From a bacterium (GTDB lineage Bacteria > Patescibacteriota > Minisyncoccia > Minisyncoccales > CG1-02-41-26), in NCBI GenBank assembly GCA_030603395.1, contig JAUVXX010000001.1:29822-93821 (forward strand): a stretch of DNA of 64,000 bases, given 5' to 3'. Shown piece after piece: positions 28,760-38,905 of the stretch. Each line of letters starts with the position of its first letter. Position 1 is the first letter of the stretch. The translations under genes were made by a program, and so were the position numbers. Below the pieces are notes generated by a model. The model was given only the letters and a program-made list of their open reading frames with translations, was not told the origin of the DNA and ran no database searches.

Positions 28760-29265
28760 TACTTTATCGGCAGTAAATATCTCCTGGGGTCCTCACCGAT
28801 ATCTAAAAATTCATCAGCCGCCTCTTTTAATTTTGTAGAGGTGGTTTTGCCAAAAGCCATCACCTCCACTCTCTTGCCTTGATTGCGTAAATACTCAACC
28901 AAAGGAATAAAATCTCCGTCCCCGGAGCAAAGAATAATCACATCAATATTGGGAGAAGTTCTGATGGCATCAATGACTATACCAACGTCCCAATCAGCTT
29001 TTTTCTGACCTCCGTAAAACTCCTGGAGGTCTCTGACCCGCGTCTCAAACCCCAGCTTAGTTAAGGCCTCAAAAAAAGCTTTCTCTTCCCCGGTTTTGGT
29101 TCGAACCACATAAGCAAAAGCTCGGATGAGTTTTCTTCCAGCAATAGCCTGTCTTAAAATCTCTTTAAAGTTAACCCGTCCCCCGTAAAGATTTTTGGCT
29201 GAGTGATAAAGGTTTTGGACGTCTATCAAAACCTCTACTCTTTGTTCTTTTGGTTTGATAATCAT
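28759..29265 (-). CDS. NYN domain (LabA/DUF88) protein
   Basis: [29 protein letters not shown]. Confidence 0.92.
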   Translation of the reverse strand: MIIKPKEQRVEVLIDVQNLYHSAKNLYGGRVNFKEILRQAIAGRKLIRAFAYVVRTKTGEEKAFFEALTKLGFETRVRDLQEFYGGQKKADWDVGIVIDAIRTSPNIDVIILCSGDGDFIPLVEYLRNQGKRVEVMAFGKTTSTKLKEAADEFLDIGEDPRRYLLPIK

Positions 29266-29531
29266 CTTTTTTTAAGTCCTAATTTTTTAACTATACTGTT
29301 GTGTCTTCTGATATTTTCTTTCTTGAGGTATTTTAAAAGTTTTTTCCTCTTGATGACCATTTTCAAAAGACCTCTCCGTGAATGAATGTCTTTGGGGTGT
29401 TTTTTGAGGTGGCTAAGAACTTTTTTGATGTCCTCCGTTAAAAGCGCTATCTGAACATCAGCCGAACCGGTATCTTTCTCTTTAAGTTTGTACTTTTTGA
29501 TTATTTTTTCTTTTTCTTCTGGTGTTAACAT
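29262..29531 (-). CDS. rpsO: 30S ribosomal protein S15
   Basis: [25 protein letters not shown]. Confidence 0.98.
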   Translation of the reverse strand: MLTPEEKEKIIKKYKLKEKDTGSADVQIALLTEDIKKVLSHLKKHPKDIHSRRGLLKMVIKRKKLLKYLKKENIRRHNSIVKKLGLKKR

Positions 29532-29538
29532 AATTTTG

Positions 29539-29611
29539 TGCCCCCATCAGGACTCGAACCTGAAACAAACTGATTAAGAGTCAGCTACTCTACCAATTGA
29601 GTTATGGGGGC
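29539..29611 (-). tRNA. tRNA-Lys(CTT)
   Basis: GCCCCCA acceptor, CTGACT-CTT-AATCAG anticodon arm, GGTTCGAGTCC T arm; CCA not encoded. Confidence 0.93.
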
Positions 29612-29612
29612 C

Positions 29613-30203
29613 CTAAAGCCCTATCTCGCAGTCAATGGTGAAAATGAAATTTGTCGTAAAGTTCTGCAAGCCAGTCCACTCAGCTACCCCCATTATTTTC
29701 AGCACTGTACCGACCAGCATAAAAGCGCCGTAAACCAGGAAAAGGCCAATGATCACGTTTCTGATTAAACTTGTACCCTGTTTTACCAGCTCCGGCTTCC
29801 CTCCGGCGAAATAAAACATAATTCCCCCAATCACCAACATCAAAACAGCAATCGGAGGAACAACATAAATTAAAACAAAATCAAATATTCCATCAATCAT
29901 CACAAAAAAATGGCAGAATTGACAAGTAACATTTTCAAGATGCCCTCCATTACTTACACAACTTCGTTCAAATGCTTCAGTTGGACTAAGCCCTGTTTTC
30001 ACTTCATCTTGTACATCTTTAAGTAAATCCTTACAGCCATCACTATCAAAAGCGCCTACGCAAACTTCCTTCCCGCAAGGAACTAAACCATCATAACAAA
30101 CACCTTCGGAATCTGCTTGGTAGAACCCAGCTAAGATTACCTGCGGCAAAAATAAGCCAACCAGGAAAACAATTAAAAACAATAGGGCTATTCTTTTTGA
30201 CAT
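29613..30203 (-). CDS. CPR-type pilin-like membrane protein
   Basis: Signal peptide, GLVPCG...CQFCHFF, two TM helices with GGIMF..AGG motif. Confidence 0.75.
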   Translation of the reverse strand: MSKRIALLFLIVFLVGLFLPQVILAGFYQADSEGVCYDGLVPCGKEVCVGAFDSDGCKDLLKDVQDEVKTGLSPTEAFERSCVSNGGHLENVTCQFCHFFVMIDGIFDFVLIYVVPPIAVLMLVIGGIMFYFAGGKPELVKQGTSLIRNVIIGLFLVYGAFMLVGTVLKIMGVAEWTGLQNFTTNFIFTIDCEIGL

Positions 30204-30242
30204 TTATTAAATATTAGCAAATTTTTCACTAAAATAAAAATC

Positions 30243-30317
30243 TGGTGCCCCTGCCAGGACTCGAACCCAGAACACAAAGTCCGAAGCTTCGTGTGATATC
30301 CATTTCACCACAGGGGC
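30243..30317 (-). tRNA. tRNA-Arg(TCG)
   Basis: GCCCCTG acceptor, anticodon loop CT-TCG-GA, GGTTCGAGTCC, encoded CCA. Confidence 0.9.
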
Positions 30318-30348
30318 TAACATTTTATTAGTATAGCAAGAAATTTGC

Positions 30349-30391
30349 CCTTCGACAAGTGCTCAGGGCAATCCTGAGGTTTCTCGAAGGA
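30349..30391. repeat. REP-like element CCTTCGACAAG..CTCAGG with an inverted partner
   Basis: CCTTCGA...CTCAGG followed by CCTGAG...TCGAAGG; related copy at 53816-53836. Confidence 0.6.
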
Positions 30392-30426
30392 TTGAAAAAA
30401 AGCAATTTTTAGGGCATAATAAACCA

Positions 30427-31947
30427 ATGAAAATACCCAAAGAAGTCCAATCTGTCATTGACAAACTCAAGGAAAACAAGTTTGAGGCCTATATCGTTGG
30501 CGGTTGCGTCCGTGACATTTTAAGAGGAGTTGAACCCCAGGATTGGGATGTGGCCACCAATGCCAAACCGGAGAAAATCAGCAAAATCTTTTTAAAAAGT
30601 TTTGCTGACAACAAATTCGGCACCATCACCGTGCTAACCGGGGCAAAAGACGCAAAATTAAAAGAAATTGAAATTACCCCTTATCGTATTGATGAAAAAT
30701 ACACTGACAAACGCCACCCTGATAAAATAAAATGGGCTAAAACCATTAAACAAGACTTAGCCAGAAGAGATTTTACAATTAATGCCCTTGCCCTCGGCCC
30801 GAAGGGCCGAAATATCGAAATAGGACCCTACGGGGAGTCGCCTGAAGCGACAGCGAAATGTCGAAATATCGAACTTATTGACCCTTGTGAAGGTCAAAAA
30901 GATTTAAAAAATAAAATCATCAGGGCCGTGGGAAAAGCAGAGGATAGATTCAATGAAGATGCCCTAAGAATGCTCAGAGCAGTAAGATTTGCCGTCTCTC
31001 TTGAACAGAGAACATGGAGGATTGAAGAAAAAACAGCTCAGGGGATTGAAAAAAATGCTCATCTTTTGGAATTTATTTCCCAAGAAAGAATTAGAGATGA
31101 ACTGATAAAAATCATTATGTCTCCCAATGGAGCCCAGGGTATAGAAATCTTAAGAAAATTAGGACTTTTAAAATATATTATCCCGGAACTTGAAGAGGGC
31201 TTTGGTGTTGAACAGAACAAACACCATATCTATCAAGTTTACCAGCACGCTTTGCTTTCTTTAAACTATGCCTGCCAGAATAATTTTTCTTTTCCTGTCA
31301 GAATGGCCGCTTTTTTGCACGACATTGGCAAACCAAGAGTAAAAGAAGGGGAAGGCCCTGACGCCACCTTTTACAATCATGAAATAGTAGGGACAAAAAT
31401 CACCCGTCAAATTCTCCAGAGATTGAGATTCCCCAAAAAAGACATTGAAAAAATAGCCAAATTAGTCAGGTGCCACCTCTTTTATTACAATGTTGATGAG
31501 GTTGGCGAATCGTCAGTCAGACGGCTCTTGAGAAAGGTGGGGACAGAAGACATTGAAGCACTTTTGCAGGTTCGGATGGCAGACAGAATTGGTTCCGCCG
31601 TCCCCAAAGCTGAACCCTACAAGTTGAGACACCTGAAATATATGTTTGAAAAAGTTTCTCAAGACCCCATCTCGGTAAAGATGTTGAAAGTAAGCGGCAA
31701 TGAAGTGATGAAAATCTTGAAAATCAATCCTGGCCCCCAGATAGGTCAGATTTTGGACGTTTTATTAAGCGAAGTTTTAACTGAGCCCAAGAGAAATAAA
31801 AAAGATTATCTGAAAAAAAAGATAAAGGAACTTGGCAAATTGAAACCAAAGAAACTTCAAGAATTGGCTCAAAAGGGCCGCCAAGATATAGAGAAAATAG
31901 AGACAAAAAGAGATGAAATGACCAAAAAAAAATACTGGGTCACTTAA
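30427..31947 (+). CDS. cca: CCA tRNA nucleotidyltransferase with HD domain
   Basis: VGGCVRD, DWDVAT, DLARRDFTINA, EDALRMLRAVRF, LHDIGK. Confidence 0.93.
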   Translation: MKIPKEVQSVIDKLKENKFEAYIVGGCVRDILRGVEPQDWDVATNAKPEKISKIFLKSFADNKFGTITVLTGAKDAKLKEIEITPYRIDEKYTDKRHPDKIKWAKTIKQDLARRDFTINALALGPKGRNIEIGPYGESPEATAKCRNIELIDPCEGQKDLKNKIIRAVGKAEDRFNEDALRMLRAVRFAVSLEQRTWRIEEKTAQGIEKNAHLLEFISQERIRDELIKIIMSPNGAQGIEILRKLGLLKYIIPELEEGFGVEQNKHHIYQVYQHALLSLNYACQNNFSFPVRMAAFLHDIGKPRVKEGEGPDATFYNHEIVGTKITRQILQRLRFPKKDIEKIAKLVRCHLFYYNVDEVGESSVRRLLRKVGTEDIEALLQVRMADRIGSAVPKAEPYKLRHLKYMFEKVSQDPISVKMLKVSGNEVMKILKINPGPQIGQILDVLLSEVLTEPKRNKKDYLKKKIKELGKLKPKKLQELAQKGRQDIEKIETKRDEMTKKKYWVT

Positions 31948-31954
31948 ACTAAAA

Positions 31955-32027
31955 CGGAGCGTGGCCTAGCAGCTAAGGCGCCTCGTTCGGGACGAGGAGA
32001 ACGTGGGTGCAAGTCCCACCGCTCCGA
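31955..32027 (+). tRNA. tRNA-Pro(CGG)
   Basis: CGGAGCG acceptor, CCTCG-TTCGGGA-CGAGG anticodon arm, variant T loop TGCAAGT. Confidence 0.88.
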
Positions 32028-33269
32028 CTATTCGTATCTCAAGGCCTCAATGGGGTTTTTCTTGGAAGCGGTGCGGGCGGGATAGATCCCGAATACCAAG
32101 CCAACAAAAGCAGAAACTCCTAAACCCAATAAAGCTCCCGTTACGGGAAAAGCGAAGGGCCAATCCAAAGAAAGTACTCTTCCTAAAACCAAACTGCCCG
32201 CAAAAGAAAGAGTTGCCCCCAGGATAATACCAATTATTCCTCCGATGGCGGTGAGTACCACTGCCTCCAAAAGAAATTGATTGAGAATATCTTTGTTTCT
32301 GGCGCCAACGGCTTTTCTTATGCCGATTTCTCGCGTTCTTTCGGTAACCGAAACCAGCATAATGTTCATCACGCCAACCCCTCCCACAATTAAAGAGATA
32401 GCGGCCAAAGAAGCCAAAAGTAAAGATAAAATTCCGGTTATGGTGCCTACCCGTTCGGCAATGTCGGTCTGCGTCATCACGTAAAAATCATCTTTGGCAG
32501 GGTCTTCAATGCCGTGTAATTCTCTCAAGGTCCTTTCTATATCCGCAACCACCATTGGTATAACTTGCTCATTTTTTGCTTTGGCCAAAATTTCATGATA
32601 ATAGTCAATCCCCAAAAGGTATTTTTGAGCCGTGCTGTGAGGAACTACCACTATCTCATCCAGGTTAAACATGGCTACCTGTCCTTTTGAGGGCAAAACT
32701 CCAACTACCTTGAAGTTCCTGTTTTTTATCTTTATTTTCCTGCCCACCGCATCAGAAAGCCCGAAGAGTTCTTTTTTAACCCGGGAACCTATTACCGCCA
32801 CGCTTTCAGCCATTTTAATGTCTTGCTCGGTAAACAAAGTGCCTTCTTCAGGATAGATATTAAACATCTCGCTTAACCATTCAGCTGACCAGCCCATCAC
32901 AGAAGCCTTAAAGGTTTCTCCTTCCCAAGAAACAGTTCCAGGCACAGCCACCGCTGGCACCGCGTCCAGAAGGTCGGGGACGTTTTTTTTATTTTTTAAG
33001 GCCTTGAGGTCACGCTCTTTCAAAGAGTTAGACATCACCTCAGCCATATCGCTGGGACCCTTTGGTTCTCTGCCCGGCCTGATAATGATTAAGTTGGCTC
33101 CCATGCTTTCTATCTGGCCTAAGATGAGATTCTCTGCTCCCTGGCTTACTGAAATGACCGTGATAATAGCAACCACACCGATGACAATACCCAAAATGGT
33201 TAGGGCAGAACGCATCTTATTTGCCCTTAAGCCAGTCAGGGCGGTTTTAAAAGTGTTTTTTAGAGTCAT
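32028..33269 (-). CDS. MacB-family ABC transporter permease
   Basis: RSALTILGIVIG, GGVGVMNIMLVSVTERTREIGIRKAVGA, PIEALRYE. Confidence 0.95.
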   Translation of the reverse strand: MTLKNTFKTALTGLRANKMRSALTILGIVIGVVAIITVISVSQGAENLILGQIESMGANLIIIRPGREPKGPSDMAEVMSNSLKERDLKALKNKKNVPDLLDAVPAVAVPGTVSWEGETFKASVMGWSAEWLSEMFNIYPEEGTLFTEQDIKMAESVAVIGSRVKKELFGLSDAVGRKIKIKNRNFKVVGVLPSKGQVAMFNLDEIVVVPHSTAQKYLLGIDYYHEILAKAKNEQVIPMVVADIERTLRELHGIEDPAKDDFYVMTQTDIAERVGTITGILSLLLASLAAISLIVGGVGVMNIMLVSVTERTREIGIRKAVGARNKDILNQFLLEAVVLTAIGGIIGIILGATLSFAGSLVLGRVLSLDWPFAFPVTGALLGLGVSAFVGLVFGIYPARTASKKNPIEALRYE

Positions 33270-33271
33270 AA

Positions 33272-33991
33272 TTATTTTACGAAATGGTCTTTCTCAGCAA
33301 GATGCTGTTGAGCAACCTTAATGTCCTCTTCAATTTTCCCGTCACGCATTTTGATAATACGTTCAGCACATTGAGCAGTATAGGTTTCATGGGTGACTAA
33401 GATAATGGTATGGCCCTGCTTATTTAATTTTTGTAAAATTTCCATAATCACCTGCCCTGATTTTGAATCAAGGTTGCCGGTTGGTTCATCAGCAAATATT
33501 AAACTGGGGCGGTTAACAATGGCTCTGGCAATAGCCACTCTTTGTTTTTCTCCACCCGAAAGCTGGGAGGGCAAATGGTTGATTCTGTCAGTAAGACCCA
33601 CTGCCTCTATTGCCTTTTCAGCGAGCTCTTGTTGTAAACTCCCTTTAATCCCGGAGTAAGAAAGCGGCAGTTTAACATTTTCCAAAACAGTTGTCCTTGG
33701 CAAAAGATAAAAACTCTGGAAAACAAATCCCATTTTTTTGTTTCTTGTCCGAGCCAGTTCATCATCAGAAAACTCATCAATTTTCTTTCCTTCAAAGTAA
33801 TACTCCCCATTGGTTGGTCGGTCAAGGAAGCCCATAACATGCAAAAGCGTTGATTTACCAGAGCCCGAAGGTCCCATGACAGCAACAAACTCTCCTCCTT
33901 TCATGGAAAAAGAAACTCCTCTTAGGGCCGGAGTTTCCACGTCTTCATCTTTATAAATTTTTTCCAAATCTGTTAACTCAATAATAGCCAT
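33272..33991 (-). CDS. ABC transporter ATP-binding protein (MacB/LolD-like)
   Basis: [32 protein letters not shown]. Confidence 0.96.
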   Translation of the reverse strand: MAIIELTDLEKIYKDEDVETPALRGVSFSMKGGEFVAVMGPSGSGKSTLLHVMGFLDRPTNGEYYFEGKKIDEFSDDELARTRNKKMGFVFQSFYLLPRTTVLENVKLPLSYSGIKGSLQQELAEKAIEAVGLTDRINHLPSQLSGGEKQRVAIARAIVNRPSLIFADEPTGNLDSKSGQVIMEILQKLNKQGHTIILVTHETYTAQCAERIIKMRDGKIEEDIKVAQQHLAEKDHFVK

Positions 33992-33992
33992 A

Positions 33993-35648
33993 TTATTCTT
34001 CTTCCATAAAGGTAATTACCTTATCTTGTTTTTCTAATCCCTTGGTAATCTCTACTGTACCATCAGAACCACGAAGCCCTGTTTCAACCTCTACTTCCTC
34101 AATGCTTTCTCCTTCCAACACCCGAACAAATTTCTTCCCATCCCTTGAAATTAAAGCCCGCTGAGGGATAACCAGCACCTTTTCTTTCCTTGCTGCAAAA
34201 ACATCAATGTTGGCGGTCATGCCTGACTTAATTTCTTTTCCCTCTTCCTCAAACTCAAAAATCACCTTGTAGGTAGCAATTCCCTCAATGATGGTCTCAG
34301 CCGGCTCAATTTCAATAATTTTTGCTGGAAACAAAATATCCTCTCCGTAAGCATCAAGGGTCAGGGAGGCCTCATTGCCAATTTTAATTTTAGCTATGTC
34401 GGCTTCAGGAACATTCGCTTCAATTTGAAAGTCCGCTTCAGAATCAATGGTAACCATATCCTGATTTGACGAAACAATCTCTCCCTTTTTTGCCTCAACT
34501 GACGTTACCATCCCCTTGATGGGCGAATGAATAATTGTTTTGCTAAGCTGGGCTTCGATGTATTCAATGCTGGCTCGGGCTTTTTTAGCCTGGGCTTCCT
34601 GAACAGAAATTTGCTCCTCGGTGCTTCCTGCCTCTTTCAGAACTAACTCTTTTTCAGCAAGAGTTAAGGCGTTTTTTGCTTCATTTATCTGGGTTTCAGC
34701 TGCAACAATGTTTTTTTGATTGGTAGCTTTTTGGACTTCAATTCCCTGCTGTTTGCCAGAGATGGTTATAACTTCGTTGTTAATATCGGTCTTGGAAGTA
34801 CTAAGATTGGTTTTTTCAGTGGTGGTTAATTTTGAAATTGGGATAGTTTCAAGACACAGTTTAACTTTTTGAAGAGCCTCTTTAACGTTAAAGAGAGCCC
34901 CGTCAATTTTTTCATTAGTTGGGTCCGAAACCGCCTCTTTAACATCCTCCTTGGTTCCTCCTTCCAATCGAGAAATAAAATCATTTGTCCATCTTCCTGC
35001 ATTCTCTCCACCCAAAAGAGCATCAACAGCCGAGGCTTTCATTGCCGCGATTTGATAGCTCTCCTGGAAATAGTCAGTGAAGTGGACATACTGAATGTCG
35101 GTAACAGTAAAGATAGCATTTGTCCCCACATTGACCGACTCTGAAGCAGCCATAATTGCTTCATCGTAAACTTTTTCAAGATCAACCTCAGCTTTGCTCT
35201 TTACATTTTCTAAGTTCAGTTCAGCATCAATAATCGATTTTTGGGAATTTTCAACTTTTGTTCTAGCAACCGCTATTTCTTCTTCTCTTGTTCCCTGCTT
35301 CAACTCTTCCAGTTTTGCTTCCTGTATTTCAAGGTTTGCTTCTGCCTCTGAAAGCTGGGCAGCCAATTCTGAATTTTCCAAGGCTATAAGCATCTGTCCA
35401 ACAAATACGCTGTCTCCAACCCCTACCAAAACCCCAGCTATTTTCCCGCTTTTCTCAAAAGCAAGAGTAAGGCTCTCCGCTGCCCTTATTTTTCCTGTTA
35501 CGCTGACTTCCTGGCTGATATCTGATATTTCAGCCAAAACAAACTGGTAAGGAAGTTTAGCACTCTTCTTTTTTATGTATAGCCAACCGCCAGCAACAAT
35601 GCCTGCCAAAACAATAATCAGTATTAAAATTTTAGTTATCTTCTTCAT
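33993..35648 (-). CDS. Efflux membrane-fusion (adaptor) subunit
   Basis: N-terminal TM, lipoyl halves, long coiled coil, SPIKG, GMTANIDV; upstream of the ABC genes. Confidence 0.9.
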   Translation of the reverse strand: MKKITKILILIIVLAGIVAGGWLYIKKKSAKLPYQFVLAEISDISQEVSVTGKIRAAESLTLAFEKSGKIAGVLVGVGDSVFVGQMLIALENSELAAQLSEAEANLEIQEAKLEELKQGTREEEIAVARTKVENSQKSIIDAELNLENVKSKAEVDLEKVYDEAIMAASESVNVGTNAIFTVTDIQYVHFTDYFQESYQIAAMKASAVDALLGGENAGRWTNDFISRLEGGTKEDVKEAVSDPTNEKIDGALFNVKEALQKVKLCLETIPISKLTTTEKTNLSTSKTDINNEVITISGKQQGIEVQKATNQKNIVAAETQINEAKNALTLAEKELVLKEAGSTEEQISVQEAQAKKARASIEYIEAQLSKTIIHSPIKGMVTSVEAKKGEIVSSNQDMVTIDSEADFQIEANVPEADIAKIKIGNEASLTLDAYGEDILFPAKIIEIEPAETIIEGIATYKVIFEFEEEGKEIKSGMTANIDVFAARKEKVLVIPQRALISRDGKKFVRVLEGESIEEVEVETGLRGSDGTVEITKGLEKQDKVITFMEEE

Positions 35649-35747
35649 TATCGTTACTTTGAATATCTAAATCTTAAAACTTAAAAACAAAAATGTCAAA
35701 CAGCCAACGGGTTGAAAATAAATAAAATTTGGACTAAGCTAAAGATG

Positions 35748-35818
35748 GGGCCTGTAGTTTAATGGTAGAATACCTCATTCGCATTGAGGAAATGCGAGTT
35801 CGATTCTCGCTGGGTCCA
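35748..35818 (+). tRNA. tRNA-Ala(CGC)
   Basis: G3-U70 pair, CCTCA-TTCGCAT-TGAGG anticodon arm, GTTCGATTC T loop. Confidence 0.88.
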
Positions 35819-35880
35819 TAGAAATAAAAATCCGCTAACTCAAACTCTCGGTTAGTGGATTTTAACTTTGGTTTTTTAAC

Positions 35881-37566
35881 TTACTCTAATTCTTTTTCGA
35901 TATCCTCAATTTCTTTTCTTACTATCTTTTCAGATCTTTCTAAAATCTCTATTAGTTCGTCTCGAATTATTTTCTCTTTTGGACTCAATCCCGGCCTAAA
36001 ATCAAGACGTTCAATTCTCTTGGTAATTTTTTTCTTTAAATCATTAAAGGTCTTTTTCAAGCTATCTGCTGCCTCTCGAGTCTCCTTCTCAACCTTCCTT
36101 TTCTTGGACAAAATAAGATAAATAATAATTGCCATTATCAAAGCAGTTAAGATTATTAAGATTAAAAATAGGGTTCGATAAGTAAAAATCCAAGGGCCAA
36201 TAGAAATTCCACCCAAGATAACTTTTACCTGATATTCTGGAGAGGAATCACTTATTGCCCCTCTTTCATCTTTACTTCTAGCTGAAATTGTATAGTTACC
36301 TGATTTAAAAAGCTCATCAGTAGAAAATAACCAAATTCCATTTTCATCGCTTCCTACTTCCCATTTTTTTATTAGTTTATCATTTCTTTTGAAAAAGATA
36401 ATTACAGTTACATTTGATAAAGCAGTTCCTTCGACATAAAATACTTCTTCTCCAGCAATATAGGTTTCCGGGTAAATTAAAATTTTAGGAATTAGAATTG
36501 ACTCAACATTTAACAAAGTTGCTGCTTCTCTAAAATTCCCGGCTCTATCTATTGCCTTAACTAAAATCTTATAGGAACCCGGGGCTTGATGAGGAAGTTG
36601 AAAAGGACTAGTTTGAGCTCGCACCAGAGAAAATGTATCCCCTTCACCAATTTTTATCTCGTAATGACTTATCCCTGATAAATCATCTTCAGTCTCAAAA
36701 TACAAAAATGGACGAGGGTTGGTTGAATCCCCTTGATTATCTATAACCACATCAAAAGGATGAGGAGGAGTGGTGTCAATTTGAACTTTATAATGAGAAG
36801 TTCTACTCCAGCCAGCTTTGTTTTGAATTCTCAAATGAAAGTACCATGATCCATCTTCTACTCCTTCATAGCTTTTTGAACTTACCACTTCCTCCGAGAC
36901 AGCTCCTGGGATAGAAAAAGGGCTCTGGTCGAATTTATAACTCACCCCAATAATATCTGGAGAGACTTTCCATTGAAATTTTGGATCGGGATTTTGGTAC
37001 CAGAGGTTTTCTTTGGGATGAGTGGGAGAGGAAATCTTTGGAGGAGCTGGAGCCTCAACAATCTCTGGAGGAACTTCAGTGATTGAGAAAGTTGCTCCTT
37101 GGATAAAAGCTAAAATATCAGTCCCCCTGCCATCAGCAGCTAAAACTGCCGCTTCAGAAAAGGAAACCTTTGCTTGTCCTACTTTCTTTGCCCTAAAGTT
37201 AATCGCAAAAATAGTCCCCACCCCAGTAAATCCCGGGGCTGGCACTCCTCCTTGAAAATTAACTTCTCCTCTTGAATTTGAAAAAATTGGTTCTTCTGGC
37301 CAAAATGTAAATATTGAATCCGTCTTAGAAACACTTTTTACTTCCAATAGCCCCCTGGGAAATAAAATTTTTGCTTTAGCCGCATTAATCGGAGCTCCAT
37401 TACTATTTACTTTTACTCTAACCAGAAATGTGCTCCCTATCTGATATTCTCCACTGCCCGGGCTTAAAAACAAAGATGCCTCCGCTCCCTCTGTAGAGGA
37501 AGCAACCAGCAACAAGCAACAAGCAACAAGAACTAATAATTGAAGTTTTAGAGTTGAAAGTTTCAT
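35881..37566 (-). CDS. Cohesin-domain surface protein with Ig-like domains and C-terminal TM
   Basis: Signal, LFLSP..F.V.V.V..INA cohesin-like start, SPTHP..WY module, TM plus coiled tail. Confidence 0.8.
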   Translation of the reverse strand: MKLSTLKLQLLVLVACCLLLVASSTEGAEASLFLSPGSGEYQIGSTFLVRVKVNSNGAPINAAKAKILFPRGLLEVKSVSKTDSIFTFWPEEPIFSNSRGEVNFQGGVPAPGFTGVGTIFAINFRAKKVGQAKVSFSEAAVLAADGRGTDILAFIQGATFSITEVPPEIVEAPAPPKISSPTHPKENLWYQNPDPKFQWKVSPDIIGVSYKFDQSPFSIPGAVSEEVVSSKSYEGVEDGSWYFHLRIQNKAGWSRTSHYKVQIDTTPPHPFDVVIDNQGDSTNPRPFLYFETEDDLSGISHYEIKIGEGDTFSLVRAQTSPFQLPHQAPGSYKILVKAIDRAGNFREAATLLNVESILIPKILIYPETYIAGEEVFYVEGTALSNVTVIIFFKRNDKLIKKWEVGSDENGIWLFSTDELFKSGNYTISARSKDERGAISDSSPEYQVKVILGGISIGPWIFTYRTLFLILIILTALIMAIIIYLILSKKRKVEKETREAADSLKKTFNDLKKKITKRIERLDFRPGLSPKEKIIRDELIEILERSEKIVRKEIEDIEKELE

Positions 37567-37616
37567 TTTTCAGTTGATTTTACGAACTTGTCTCCTGTCC
37601 CTTGTCTCCTGTCTCT
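37556..37616. repeat. 61-bp direct repeat, copy 1
   Basis: One mismatch versus 40044-40104; partial copy near 38900-38935. Confidence 0.9.
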
Positions 37617-38902
37617 TACTTTATTCTTTTACTGTTTTCTTTTAATTTCGCTTCTCTTTTTTTTAATCTCTGTTTAATTGCTTCTTGAAGTTTTCGATTC
37701 TTTCTCCCCCACCAAAGCAAAATTCCAATAATTAAACTAACTATTAAAACAATAATTATTCCAATCAGCCACCAAGGCAAAAATATTCCCCAAAACCAAA
37801 CTCCTTTCCCGGTTAAACCAATTCCCTTAGGGGTGATTTCAAGTTTTACTGACTCATCTCGCCAATTGCCAGAATTATCAAAAGCTCTCACTACTACCAT
37901 ATATTTTCCAGGTTCAAGAGCTGGAAGTTTGTAAGGACTTGATACTTCAATAAAAAATCCAGCCCCTTTTTCTTCACGGTCAGGATTAATATCAATCACT
38001 TTGATTTCAAAATGGTCTAAACCAGAGAGGGCATCCGTGGTGAAGAAAGAGACAATGGGCTGAGAAACGCTGGTTTGAGGAAAAGGAGTTATTTCGGGAG
38101 TAAAAGAAGCTGGTGGAGTAGAATCAATTTGAACTAAATAGTGACTGGTTCCTCCCCAGACCTCAGCTTTTTTAGCCTTAACATGAAAATACCAAATTCC
38201 ATCTTCCAAATCAGTGAAAGATATCAAAGTAAAGTCGCCTTCCGGAATACTATCGGGAACCCCTTGAGGGTCATGGTCTAAACTATAACTGAAAGTTTCG
38301 ATCCCTTCTTCTTTTACCCAGCTGAAAGTGGGGTTATTGTTTTTATACCATTTGTTTTGGTCAGAATGGGTAGGAGAAAAAACTTCCGGTCCTTCAGGTG
38401 GAGGGATGCGGAGATTATAAACCCCTCTTCCCCTTGAAGTTAAAATATTAGTACCCTTTCCATCATCTAAAAGGGCTCTTGAAGAATCTAAAAAAGTAAT
38501 AGTGGTTTCGCCCGGAGCAATAGCTCTGAAAGTAATGGTTGAAACTAAACCAGCGGAAGTATTAATTCCCGGAGAGGGTATTCCTCCTCGAAAGGAAGCT
38601 TTACCTTCGATATTGGAATAAGTTGGTTGAGAAATCCAAACCGAAATAAAAGACCTCCCAGCAGTAGGACTGGCGATCTGTAATTTTTTAGGGTCGAATT
38701 TTAAATCTACCTGAACGGCATTAACATTTTCTCCTCCAGTATTAACAAATATAGAAACATCAAAAGTATTTCTAACATAAAAAGTGCCAGAATTTGGAGA
38801 AAGATACAGCGAAGCCCCAGCAGCTCCTGTAGATGAGGCAACAAGCAACAAGCAACAAGCAGCAAGAACTAATAATTGAAGTTTTAGAATAGGGTATCTC
38901 AT
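37616..38902 (-). CDS. Cohesin-domain surface protein
   Basis: Paralog of both neighbours (LYLSP, DDGKGT, SPTHSDQNKWY), C-terminal TM. Confidence 0.8.
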   Translation of the reverse strand: MRYPILKLQLLVLAACCLLLVASSTGAAGASLYLSPNSGTFYVRNTFDVSIFVNTGGENVNAVQVDLKFDPKKLQIASPTAGRSFISVWISQPTYSNIEGKASFRGGIPSPGINTSAGLVSTITFRAIAPGETTITFLDSSRALLDDGKGTNILTSRGRGVYNLRIPPPEGPEVFSPTHSDQNKWYKNNNPTFSWVKEEGIETFSYSLDHDPQGVPDSIPEGDFTLISFTDLEDGIWYFHVKAKKAEVWGGTSHYLVQIDSTPPASFTPEITPFPQTSVSQPIVSFFTTDALSGLDHFEIKVIDINPDREEKGAGFFIEVSSPYKLPALEPGKYMVVVRAFDNSGNWRDESVKLEITPKGIGLTGKGVWFWGIFLPWWLIGIIIVLIVSLIIGILLWWGRKNRKLQEAIKQRLKKREAKLKENSKRIK

Positions 38903-38905
38903 TTT

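Noticed and set aside
31955-35818. tRNA-flanked genomic island, or dedicated Hxs exporter
   Set aside because: No integrase or att duplication seen; the MacAB-type module is generic and 12 kb from the cluster.
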